A DNA stretch of 64,000 nucleotides from the NCBI GenBank assembly GCA_964016885.1, contig OZ024747.1:58776001-58840000 (forward strand), written 5' to 3'. Source of the stretch: Eledone cirrhosa. Taxonomy: Eukaryota. Shown in pieces: positions 27,578-37,472 of this stretch. Under the pieces are notes generated by a model. It searched no databases, was not told the origin of the DNA, and saw nothing but the letters and a program-made list of their open reading frames with translations. The first letter of the stretch is position 1; each line of letters starts with the position of its first letter. A program made the position numbers and the translations under genes.

Positions 27578-29458
27578 CTACCTTTCCGCTTCCCGGGGTT
27601 CGGGTTGCACGACTTCCATGGGGTCGGGGGTGTTGGGTGAAGGGGTGTCTTGTGGTGGTGTGGGGTCGTCGGTGTGTGGTGGGGTTGGGGTGTTTGGAGT
27701 TGTGTTGGGGAGGGGAAGGGGAGGGGGAAAGCTTTTTAGTAGGACGCGGTTTATGGGTTTGACAGAGGGTGGTCCTACGTCCTCCTTAAAATCCTTTTTT
27801 AGTTTTTGGTAGAGGTTCATTGGGATTTTTATTAGTTTTAAATGTGGGTGGTTTTCTGATGAAACAAAGTTTACACCTTCGGTTTGTACCGAAGGATTAT
27901 TGTATATGAGTTCATTTAATTTATTATTGTTTCTGTTGATGTAAGTATAGTGTAATGTCTTTTTTTCCGATGGTGTGAGTGTTTCGAAGAGGGGAGGGGC
28001 AGGTTTGGTTTTGTTTGTTGCTGGAGGGGTGTTTTCTGTTTTGTTAGATTGTGTTGCGATTTGGGTGGGGGTTGTTTGTCCTTGTGTGTTTTGCACATGT
28101 TTTCTTTTTTTCCTTTTAATCTGTCTGAAGGACTCCGTTTCTTCCTCCGAATTCGTTGGGTTATCTTCAGTGTTGGAGGGAAGAGGTATGTTTGCTGGTA
28201 ATGTTTCCGTGTTGGTTTTCTTTGTGGGGGAGATGGATGTCACTATGTTAGACTGTGTTGTGTGTTGTGTCTGCGGTGGTTGTGTTGTTTTATTGAGTGA
28301 GAGGTTGGGTGGGCCTGTATTTTGTTTTGGGGTAATGTGTTGTGACTGTTTGTGTTGTGGTGGTGTTGTGGTGTTACTGAGGGACGGGTTGGGTGGGACT
28401 GAGTTTTGTTGTTTGTTTATCTGTTGTGGTGGTGGTGGTGGAGCTGGTGTTGGTAGCAGGGTTTTCTTTTTGTTGAGTTGGGGACAAGCGGCCTTCAGGT
28501 GCCCTCTGCCTGCACAGATATGGCAGGACGGCCTTCTCCCCTCCACGCTAATGTTTATATACCCGTGGTCCTCTAATAGGATTCTGTCGGGTATTTGGGC
28601 GATGCGTTCAGGCTTCATTTGTACTACCAGCTCTATACCTGTTCCACTGAACGTATTGCCTGTGGTTTTCCCAATGGAAATCACGTTGTCATTCACTGGA
28701 TCGATGAAGCCAGCTATGAGCCAGCAGTAGTCCACATCTGGCATCATTGCATCCAGCCATATGCGTTGAGTTTTTTTCCCCATATAAGATGGATAAAAGG
28801 TGAAATTTTTCGAACGAATCGGTGACAAAGCACATTTTTTTGCCGCCGATTCGTTCTTCATGATAATTGCTAGGCTTCCATACAGTCTGTCTTTTCTTAT
28901 GAAAGTTGTTTCATTCAGTACTTCTGCGAGTACTGTTTTGATATCTGCTTGAGAAGGCTGTTCAGGTTTTTTTGTACTGTTGTTGATGGTCCGAAACTTG
29001 ACCGTTCGGCTTTCAATGTCTTTCGTGAATTCTTGAGGCATTTTTACCAATAAAATACCATTCTCACCTTCACTTATGTATTGTTTTGCGTCCGTGATCC
29101 TTCGTACCACATCTGAAATGTTTTCCGCTATATAAGTCAAAGATTTCTTTGTTTTCTGTGCAAAAGAAATCTTGTCGTCTGCTTTGTTTTCTGATATTAT
29201 GTTATTTTCAACTGTTATTTTTTTGTTTGTTGTGTCTTTGTTTGTGTTATTAGTATTGTCATGCAATTTTTCAAATTTTTTTTTTTCGTTGTTTTCGTCA
29301 TTTAATTTTTTTTCCTCCGCAGATTCGTCCGTTTTTATTTTCATTTTTCCTTCCTTCTCTATGACGTTAGTTGGGAAGGAAGGGAGGACTAAAGCGTGCG
29401 AGCTTACAACTCTTACCGCTGTCCCCCCACCACTATTTTCGTTCGCTGCGTTTAACAT
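27578..29458 (-). CDS. ORF1p: gag-like nucleic-acid-binding protein (626 aa)
   Basis: Lies upstream of ORF2. One CX2CX4HX4C knuckle (CHICAGRGHLKAAC), a long P/T/Q/N-rich region and a basic KRKKRK patch. Confidence 0.9.
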   Translation of the reverse strand: MLNAANENSGGGTAVRVVSSHALVLPSFPTNVIEKEGKMKIKTDESAEEKKLNDENNEKKKFEKLHDNTNNTNKDTTNKKITVENNIISENKADDKISFAQKTKKSLTYIAENISDVVRRITDAKQYISEGENGILLVKMPQEFTKDIESRTVKFRTINNSTKKPEQPSQADIKTVLAEVLNETTFIRKDRLYGSLAIIMKNESAAKKCALSPIRSKNFTFYPSYMGKKTQRIWLDAMMPDVDYCWLIAGFIDPVNDNVISIGKTTGNTFSGTGIELVVQMKPERIAQIPDRILLEDHGYINISVEGRRPSCHICAGRGHLKAACPQLNKKKTLLPTPAPPPPPQQINKQQNSVPPNPSLSNTTTPPQHKQSQHITPKQNTGPPNLSLNKTTQPPQTQHTTQSNIVTSISPTKKTNTETLPANIPLPSNTEDNPTNSEEETESFRQIKRKKRKHVQNTQGQTTPTQIATQSNKTENTPPATNKTKPAPPLFETLTPSEKKTLHYTYINRNNNKLNELIYNNPSVQTEGVNFVSSENHPHLKLIKIPMNLYQKLKKDFKEDVGPPSVKPINRVLLKSFPPPLPLPNTTPNTPTPPHTDDPTPPQDTPSPNTPDPMEVVQPEPREAER

Positions 29459-29694
29459 TTCTGTTAGACGATTGAAATTTTTTACACAAAATTTTTTAAA
29501 ACAGGTTTTTCACCTCTAGGAGGGGTAAAGATGAGCTGACCCACCGCCTGACAGTTCAGACGGAGGGTCAAGCTACACAATTGTATCAAAATTAAGTTTG
29601 AACTCACAAAATTTCCTCAATAAATTTGAACAAAACTTCTGTGCGAAGTGAATGACATCCACACTGTAGAACAGACGACAGCTAGATTATGTCT

Positions 29695-29744
<50 letters not shown>

Positions 29745-29958
29745 TTCTTTATTTACCATAAAGGCATAAAAAGAAGGGACAAATACAAAGGGGGAGTTTA
29801 CATATAATCGAGTAAAAAGGGTGTAACATGAAAATAATCGAAAATAACCTCAAAAGGGAGGGGACGTGATGGGGGTTGCACACACCCCCGAAAAAGTGTG
29901 CAATCCTTTGCCCGGGGAGCACATGGAGAAGGTGCTCCCCTCTCCTTTACTTCTTTAC

Positions 29959-32900
29959 CTACAGGATGGTATACAGAGAAGGCCCATTTACACGAGCCAT
30001 TCTCGCCACTATCACCCACCTTTCATAAAACTGCCTGTGGCCAAGCACCTCTCTCTCCATTCTTATCCTTCTTCCGAAGTGATATCGGAAGAAGTAGACC
30101 AGACTATGGCCAGAGAGGAAGTTGCCTGACCTCAGACCTTTCAATCGTGTCCACCAAACAACCTCTTTCAACATGGCTATTACGCACAGAAAAACCGCCT
30201 TTGCTTCCTTTGTGAAGAGGGGAGGCGGTTTGATTGTCATCACGGACTCGGCGGTCAATTTAATCGGCGCCACCCGCGACAGCAGTTGTTCGGCGTAGCC
30301 CCACAGATCAGCCACGCCCGGACATTGCACCAATGCGTGCGCCACGGTTTCTTCGTGACGCACGCATCTAGGGCAAATCTTTTTTGAGGGATCCCTGCCC
30401 GGGCGCCCGTGTCTGTAGAGCCTCTCTCGAACGGGTAGAGCCCCTCGGTAGCACTGCCAGGCCAGTGACTTCTGGAAGTTGTCCATTGGTCCTGGGCCGA
30501 AAGTCCTACCGAACAGGCTGGCCAGTTCGTCTTCTTCCATGTCCAGCGACTCTCCAAGGGTGTCATCGCCCCTGCTAGCCACCAGCCCTCTATAGAATGA
30601 TGAGGTGGATTCTCCACCGATGGCCCGGCCCGCCTGCCAGAGAGCCCTGAGCGCCTGAGCACACTCAGTGTGCCAGTCTCCCAGTTTTCCGGATCTTTGC
30701 TTGACCCAGGACTGTAGCTCGGTGAGTGAGACGAGTCTCGGAAAGGCTCGTTTCACGAACGGAGCCCACACCGGTTGACCAGTGAGGAATACCTGTAGGT
30801 GCCGTAGCCTTAATGCGTGCCTACGCATCATCAACCACGGCATCCCCAGCCCTCCTTTCGAAGGTTGTTGGCAGCAGATGGATCTTCTCACCATAGGAGG
30901 ACGCTTCTTCCAAAGAAATTGGAAGAGCATGCGTTCCATGGTGGTGAGTGTTTCCTTAGGGCAAGGCACGACAGTCAGGCGGTAGTAAGTGACGGACGCT
31001 ATGTAAATGTTCGCCACCTCCGCCCGGCCTTTTAGGGACAGCTTACACTTGGCCCATTTCTGGGTTAGTGCAAACACCTTGTTCGTAACCTCGTTCCAGT
31101 TCTTTTCCACCTGGAGGTCCGGTCCAAACCAGACCCCAAGCAACTTTACCGGGCCCTCCGTCCAGTGTCCGACGACACCGTCAGGAGGCATCGGTCTGCC
31201 TCTCCACGTTCCGAGTTGCAGCCCGATGGATTTTTCCCGGTTCAGTTTCGCTCCTGACAACCTTTCGTACTCCTCCAGTAAGGTACCGATCGCCTCGATC
31301 TCCGAGTCGGTTGATACCATTACTGTTACGTCATCGGCGTAGGCCGACACCGCTTTGCTCAATCCTGGTTCCAGGGGGATACCCTGCAACAACTCCAACT
31401 TCCTCAGTAAAGGCTCGAGAGTCAATACGTACAGAAGGGAGGAGAGAGGGCACCCCTGTCGAATGGATCGTGTGATTTCGAACGGCTTCGAAAGGTAGCC
31501 GTTCACCTTGATCCTAGAACAGATGTGGTTGCTATGTAGGGCAGTGATCCAGCCTCTGAAAACAGGACCGAACCCAGCCGCCGCTAGCACCGCATCCAGG
31601 TAACCATGGTCGACCCTATCGAAGGCCTTAGACTGATCCAAGTTGATCAGGGCCCCACCGAAGCCGGGTTTGTTGCCAACCCTCTCTATGATGTATCGCA
31701 TGAGGTGGAGGTTATCGTGAATGGACCTGGATGGGATAGCACATGTCTGCGCATCTCCCACCAGGCCACCCACGACAAGCGCCAACCTCTTTGCTAACAC
31801 CTTGGCCAAAATCTTTAACTCTGTGTTTAGCAGGGTTATGGGCCGAAAATTATTTATGCTATCCCCCTTGTTCTCGTCCTTCCTCACCAGCGTGACTACG
31901 CCCTTGGCTACAGAACAAGGAATTCTCCCGTTCTGCTGCCAATTGCAGTAGACCGCTTCGAGGAGTTCGGAGAAGAAGACCGGCATTGCTAAATAAAGTT
32001 CGTAAGGTATACCATCGAGACCTGGAGATTTGCGTCTGCTGCATTGGCTCAGCGCATCTCCGATCTCATCAGCCGAGATTGGTCCCTCGCAGGACTCTGC
32101 CTCTTTGTTCGAGAGACGCGGCAGGCCGTCGAGGTATGGACCGAAATCCACTCCCCGGCCCGGACCCTCGCCTCCCCCGAACAATCGGGCAAAGTGCTTT
32201 TGAAAGGCCTCGCACATCTGCTTAGGCTCCCGGATCACTCGTCCATCTTCGTCTTGCAACGACCGGATGGTGGATCGATTTCCACTTTTAGCTTCTGTCA
32301 CGCGGGCCCATCCAACGGCTTTGGCCCCCTCATTACCTAGAGCACGTATTTTACTTCGAATGACGCAGCCTTCATGCTTTGCATCGAAAAACTGGTTCAA
32401 GGCCGTCCTCGATGCCAGCACTCTGGCCACATCTTCGCTCTTGATTGCCTCTTCTAATTTACCTGTTAATTCTTTCTCGTTTCTATTCCTATTGGCAGCT
32501 AACATCTTGCTATAACTTATTGATTCTGTTCTAATCTCTCTTTTGAGAGATGCCCACCATCGGTTGTTGACGATTGCACCCGTCAACCTCTCCTTAACTA
32601 ATCTGCTAATCCGGTTTCTGTAAGTCTCTTTTGCCGGTAAAGACAAATTAAGTTTCCAGTAACCGGGACCCTGTCTATGTGTTTTCTCGAGATTGACCAC
32701 GCAGGTCACTAATTTGTGATCCGTGTAGCCAACCGTGCGCATTTCTGGACAGCTTAATATGTCCCTATCCTTACTTCTAACTAAGAATCTATCTAAGTAC
32801 GATCTAGATTGACCACTGTGGTTTCTCCAAGTCCAGGTAGGCACAGTTGGAAAATCTAGTCGATATCTATCGACCAAGTTAAAACGGTCGAGTAACCCCT

Positions 32901-33396
32901 TGAGGCTGTTACACCCCCCTCTATTAGGACATGCTCCTGCATAGTCCCAACGTGCATCTAGGATGTCATTCCAATCCCCCGCTAGAAGCAGGGAACGCGA
33001 CGTTCCCAGAAAAGTCTCCAAACGCTGGAAGAAGTCGGGCCGTTCAGCTCCGAAAGGGGAGTAGACGGCGACCAGTCTCAAGGCCGCACTTTCACTACTG
33101 CCAACGTCTAGCACCAACAAACGACCCTCCGGGTCCGAGTGCACAACCTGTACGGCAAGACCCAGGTGTTTTTGCAGCAGCACGACAACCCCACCCCCAC
33201 CTCCAGGTTGACAGAGAGATGCATGCACCTCAAAGTCATCGAAGGTGGGGGCCAGCTGCCGCATGACGCTGATTCGAGTCTCACAGATAACCATTACATT
33301 TATACTACATGACCTGAGGTCATTTAGAAGCTTTGCTTGCTTCCAAGTTGAGCCCAGGCCACGTGCATTCAAACATCCTACTCTTAACACATCCAT
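29959..33396 (-). CDS. ORF2p APE-RT-zinc finger (1145 aa)
   Basis: As copy 2. The visible difference is RGRPM versus RGKPM. Confidence 0.96.
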   Translation of the reverse strand: MDVLRVGCLNARGLGSTWKQAKLLNDLRSCSINVMVICETRISVMRQLAPTFDDFEVHASLCQPGGGGGVVVLLQKHLGLAVQVVHSDPEGRLLVLDVGSSESAALRLVAVYSPFGAERPDFFQRLETFLGTSRSLLLAGDWNDILDARWDYAGACPNRGGCNSLKGLLDRFNLVDRYRLDFPTVPTWTWRNHSGQSRSYLDRFLVRSKDRDILSCPEMRTVGYTDHKLVTCVVNLEKTHRQGPGYWKLNLSLPAKETYRNRISRLVKERLTGAIVNNRWWASLKREIRTESISYSKMLAANRNRNEKELTGKLEEAIKSEDVARVLASRTALNQFFDAKHEGCVIRSKIRALGNEGAKAVGWARVTEAKSGNRSTIRSLQDEDGRVIREPKQMCEAFQKHFARLFGGGEGPGRGVDFGPYLDGLPRLSNKEAESCEGPISADEIGDALSQCSRRKSPGLDGIPYELYLAMPVFFSELLEAVYCNWQQNGRIPCSVAKGVVTLVRKDENKGDSINNFRPITLLNTELKILAKVLAKRLALVVGGLVGDAQTCAIPSRSIHDNLHLMRYIIERVGNKPGFGGALINLDQSKAFDRVDHGYLDAVLAAAGFGPVFRGWITALHSNHICSRIKVNGYLSKPFEITRSIRQGCPLSSLLYVLTLEPLLRKLELLQGIPLEPGLSKAVSAYADDVTVMVSTDSEIEAIGTLLEEYERLSGAKLNREKSIGLQLGTWRGRPMPPDGVVGHWTEGPVKLLGVWFGPDLQVEKNWNEVTNKVFALTQKWAKCKLSLKGRAEVANIYIASVTYYRLTVVPCPKETLTTMERMLFQFLWKKRPPMVRRSICCQQPSKGGLGMPWLMMRRHALRLRHLQVFLTGQPVWAPFVKRAFPRLVSLTELQSWVKQRSGKLGDWHTECAQALRALWQAGRAIGGESTSSFYRGLVASRGDDTLGESLDMEEDELASLFGRTFGPGPMDNFQKSLAWQCYRGALPVRERLYRHGRPGRDPSKKICPRCVRHEETVAHALVQCPGVADLWGYAEQLLSRVAPIKLTAESVMTIKPPPLFTKEAKAVFLCVIAMLKEVVWWTRLKGLRSGNFLSGHSLVYFFRYHFGRRIRMEREVLGHRQFYERWVIVARMARVNGPSLYTIL

Positions 33397-33429
33397 GTGG
33401 GCGGCAGAGCCAAAGGAGAGTGTAGAGAC

Positions 33430-35310
33430 CTACCTTTCCGCTTCCCGGGGTTCGGGTTGCACGACTTCCATGGGGTCGGGGGTGTTGGGTGAAGGGGTGT
33501 CTTGTGGTGGTGTGGGGTCGTCGGTGTGTGGTGGGGTTGGGGTGTTTGGAGTTGTGTTGGGGAGGGGAAGGGGAGGGGGAAAGCTTTTTAGTAGGACGCG
33601 GTTTATGGGTTTGACAGAGGGTGGTCCTACGTCCTCCTTAAAATCCTTTTTTAGTTTTTGGTAGAGGTTCATTGGGATTTTTATTAGTTTTAAATGTGGG
33701 TGGTTTTCTGATGAAACAAAGTTTACACCTTCGGTTTGTACCGAAGGATTATTGTATATGAGTTCATTTAATTTATTATTGTTTCTGTTGATGTAAGTAT
33801 AGTGTAATGTCTTTTTTTCCGATGGTGTGAGTGTTTCGAAGAGGGGAGGGGCAGGTTTGGTTTTGTTTGTTGCTGGAGGGGTGTTTTCTGTTTTGTTAGA
33901 TTGTGTTGCGATTTGGGTGGGGGTTGTTTGTCCTTGTGTGTTTTGCACATGTTTTCTTTTTTTCCTTTTAATCTGTCTGAAGGACTCCGTTTCTTCCTCC
34001 GAATTCGTTGGGTTATCTTCAGTGTTGGAGGGAAGAGGTATGTTTGCTGGTAATGTTTCCGTGTTGGTTTTCTTTGTGGGGGAGATGGATGTCACTATGT
34101 TAGACTGTGTTGTGTGTTGTGTCTGCGGTGGTTGTGTTGTTTTATTGAGTGAGAGGTTGGGTGGGCCTGTATTTTGTTTTGGGGTAATGTGTTGTGACTG
34201 TTTGTGTTGTGGTGGTGTTGTGGTGTTACTGAGGGACGGGTTGGGTGGGACTGAGTTTTGTTGTTTGTTTATCTGTTGTGGTGGTGGTGGTGGAGCTGGT
34301 GTTGGTAGCAGGGTTTTCTTTTTGTTGAGTTGGGGACAAGCGGCCTTCAGGTGCCCTCTGCCTGCACAGATATGGCAGGACGGCCTTCTCCCCTCCACGC
34401 TAATGTTTATATACCCGTGGTCCTCTAATAGGATTCTGTCGGGTATTTGGGCGATGCGTTCAGGCTTCATTTGCACTACAAGTTCTATACCTGTTCCACT
34501 GAACGCATTGCCTGTGGTTTTCCCAATGGAAATCACGTTGTCATTCACTGGATCGATGAAGCCAGCTATGAGCCAGCAGTAGTCCACATCTGGCATCATT
34601 GCATCCAGCCATATGCGTTGAGTTTTTTTTCCCATATAAGATGGATAAAAGGTGAAATTTTTCGAACGAATCGGTGACAAAGCACATTTTTTTGCTGCCG
34701 ATTCGTTCTTCATGATAATTGCTAGACTTCCATACAGTCTGTCTTTTCTTATGAAAGTTGTTTCATTCAGTACTTCTGCGAGTACTGTTTTGATATCTGC
34801 TTGAGAAGGCTGTTCAGGTTTTTTTGTACTGTTGTTGATGGTCCGAAACTTGACCGTTCGGCTTTCAATGTCTTTCGTGAATTCTTGAGGCATTTTTACC
34901 AATAAAATACCATTCTCACCTTCACTTATGTATTGTTTTGCGTCCGTGATCCTTCGTACCACATCTGAAATGTTTTCCGCTATATAAGTCAAAGATTTCT
35001 TTGTTTTCTGTGCAAATGAAATCTGGTCGTCTGCTTTGTTTTCTGATATGATGTTATTTTCAACTGTTATTTTTTTGTTTGTTGTGTCTTTGTTTGTGTT
35101 ATTAGTATTGTCATGCAATTTTTCAAATTTTTTTTTTTCGTTGTTTTCGTCATTTAATTTTTTTTCCTCCGCAGATTCGTCCGTTTTTATTTTCATTTTT
35201 CCTTCCTTCTCTATGACGTTAGTTGGGAAGGAAGGGAGGACTAAAGCGTGCGAGCTTACAACTCTTACCGCTGTCCCCCCACCACTATTTTCGTTCGCTG
35301 CGTTTAACAT
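33430..35310 (-). CDS. ORF1p (626 aa)
   Basis: As copy 2. Visible differences are DDQIS versus DDKIS and GNAFS versus GNTFS. Confidence 0.9.
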   Translation of the reverse strand: MLNAANENSGGGTAVRVVSSHALVLPSFPTNVIEKEGKMKIKTDESAEEKKLNDENNEKKKFEKLHDNTNNTNKDTTNKKITVENNIISENKADDQISFAQKTKKSLTYIAENISDVVRRITDAKQYISEGENGILLVKMPQEFTKDIESRTVKFRTINNSTKKPEQPSQADIKTVLAEVLNETTFIRKDRLYGSLAIIMKNESAAKKCALSPIRSKNFTFYPSYMGKKTQRIWLDAMMPDVDYCWLIAGFIDPVNDNVISIGKTTGNAFSGTGIELVVQMKPERIAQIPDRILLEDHGYINISVEGRRPSCHICAGRGHLKAACPQLNKKKTLLPTPAPPPPPQQINKQQNSVPPNPSLSNTTTPPQHKQSQHITPKQNTGPPNLSLNKTTQPPQTQHTTQSNIVTSISPTKKTNTETLPANIPLPSNTEDNPTNSEEETESFRQIKRKKRKHVQNTQGQTTPTQIATQSNKTENTPPATNKTKPAPPLFETLTPSEKKTLHYTYINRNNNKLNELIYNNPSVQTEGVNFVSSENHPHLKLIKIPMNLYQKLKKDFKEDVGPPSVKPINRVLLKSFPPPLPLPNTTPNTPTPPHTDDPTPPQDTPSPNTPDPMEVVQPEPREAER

Positions 35311-35546
35311 TTCTGTTAGACGATTGAAATTTTTTACACAAAATTTTTTAAAACAGGTTTTTCACCTCTAGGAGGGGTAAAGATGAGCTGACCCACCGCC
35401 TGACAGTTCAGACGGAGGGTCAAGCTACACAATTGTATCAAAATTAAGTTTGAACTCACAAAATTTCCTCAATAAATTTGAACAAAACTTCTGTGCGAAG
35501 TGAATGACATCCACACTGTAGAACAGACGACAGCTAGATTATGTCT

Positions 35547-35609
<63 letters not shown>

Positions 35610-36118
35610 CGCGTGTGTCTCTGTGTTTGTGAGTATGTTTGCGTGTATTTTTCCTTTAATAAAATGGATAGATAGATAGATATTATATACGCGTGTGACT
35701 CTGTGTTTGTGAGTATGTATGCGTGTATTATCTATCACACACAACAATCTCATATATATATATATATATATATATGCAGTTAGCCTTGAAAAGCTTATAA
35801 ACAGTGCAAGAATAGATTTTCAAAAATTCAACGAAATATAGACAAAGTGAATGGTTATCTCTGAGAAAGTTGTTCCATGGAATTCATTATAGTTCTGGAT
35901 GAGTGTGTTGTTGTAAGACGGATAAAGGTAGCTTTCTGAATAGAAGGAAATAGCTTTAGGATAGATTATTGTAAGCAAGGATTATTGTGGTGAGGGCATT
36001 GACTGAGGAAAAAAACAACATCATCGTCGTCATCGTCATCATTATCATCAATATCAATAGTAACAACACAAACAACTATAACATTACTACTACTACTACT
36101 ACTAATAATAATAATAAC

Positions 36119-36151
<33 letters not shown>

Positions 36152-36154
<3 letters not shown>

Positions 36155-37243
36155 TCCCGAGCTGTGTCTATTATTAGGTACAGTGCGGGAATTCTGAGAT
36201 GGAATGTTGCTGAACAAAAAGAAATGGATAGGAAGACTAGGAAGCTATTGACTATCTACAACATGTTCCACAAGAGGAGTGATGTCGATAGACTCTACCT
36301 AAGGAGATCTGAGGGTGGAAGAGGTCTTATCAGCATAGAGGACTGTGTTCAGATGGAGAAAAACAACCTATACAAATACGTGACCTATAGTAAGGAGCCA
36401 ATGCTCAGAACTGTACTGAAGGAGGGGACAGTAGGCCAGGGGATGTCCAAGGAGGAAATAACATCAAGGAGGAAGAGCAGCCTTAAGGGAAAATCCCTTC
36501 ATAGTACCTTCTTTGAGAAAACTGAATTTAGAGATCCACAGACATGGAACTGGTTGAGAAGAGGAGACCTCAAAAAGGCTACAGAAAGAATGCTAATGGC
36601 TGCGCAGGAGCAGGCCCTCAAAACGAAGTGGTTGAAGCACCATATCTACAAGGAGGAGGCTAGCCCACTGTGCAGGATCTGTGGAGAGAGAGAGGAGACT
36701 GTGGCTCACATTGTGTCCGAGTGTAAACACCTAGCCCAGACCCACTATAAGGGCTGGAGACACGATGTGATGGGCAGGGTGATCCACTGGCACCTGTGCA
36801 AAGTAAACAATTTACCACATTCTGAGAAATGGTATGAGCATAGGCCAGAGGCGGTGATGGAGAACAATCAGGTGAAGGTGCTGTGGGATTTTAGGATACA
36901 GACGGACAAAAAACTGAAACACAATAGACCTGACCTGGTGGTTGTGGACAAAGAAAAAAGATCGTGTCTGATTGTGGATGTGGCCTGCCCGTTCGACACG
37001 AGAGTGCAAGAGAAGGAGAGGGAGAAAATTAACCGATACCAGGACCTAAAGTGGGAGGTGAAAAGGATTTGGAACTGCCATGAAGTCAAAGTGATCCCGA
37101 TTGTCATAGGCGCACTGGGGACTATCTCCAAAAGTTTCCAGGGATGGTTAAAGAAAATCGGCCCCTTCACGCTTTTTGGAACGTTTCAAAAGGCATGCTT
37201 GCTTGGAACAGCAAGAACCCTCCGATACGTCCTGAATATCTGA
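36152..37243 (+). pseudogene. C-terminal RT-thumb / CCHC / RLE ORF fragment (open, but lacking the RT core)
   Basis: Part of ORF 35987-37243. The N-terminal ~55 aa of that ORF are translated microsatellite. Confidence 0.85.
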
Positions 37244-37317
37244 GGCTGCAGGTAGTGGCTTGATATTCAATCCAACGGACTTTCCAGTTAACCAACATCA
37301 ATGACTGAGATTCAAGG
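36152..37317 (+). mobile_element. 5'-truncated R4/Dong-type non-LTR retrotransposon (RLE) inserted in (TAA)n
   Basis: GGRGL thumb region, CRIC-x7-H-x4-C, RHD, PDLVVVD...DVACP, and EK...Y.DL restriction-like endonuclease motifs. (TAA)n lies on both sides. Confidence 0.9.
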
Positions 37318-37438
37318 AATAACAACAACAATAATAATAATAATAATAATAATGATGATGATGATGGTTATGAGGATAATAATAATAATAATAATAATAG
37401 TAATAATGATGATGATGATGATGGTAATGAGGATGAGG

Positions 37439-37472
<34 letters not shown>

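Larger units (their letters stand above)
23892..29694 (-). mobile_element. Tx1-group non-LTR retrotransposon, copy 2: full length (~5.8 kb), intact
   Basis: 5'UTR, ORF1, ORF2, then a 3'UTR ending AATAAAGAAA followed by (TCTA)n. Confidence 0.95.
29744..35546 (-). mobile_element. Tx1-group non-LTR retrotransposon, copy 3: full length, intact
   Basis: Offset 5852 bp from copy 2 with a few substitutions. (GATA)n at 29695-29743 and 35547-35609. Confidence 0.95.

Noticed and set aside
27975-28730. 251-aa plus-strand ORF antisense to ORF1 (also 33827-34582) and other small antisense ORFs
   Set aside because: A by-product of the A/C-rich low-complexity ORF1 strand. It has no motif and recurs only because the element is repeated.
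35987-36151. N-terminal extension of the 418-aa ORF (poly-I/T/N)
   Set aside because: Translated microsatellite in frame by chance with the truncated RLE element.
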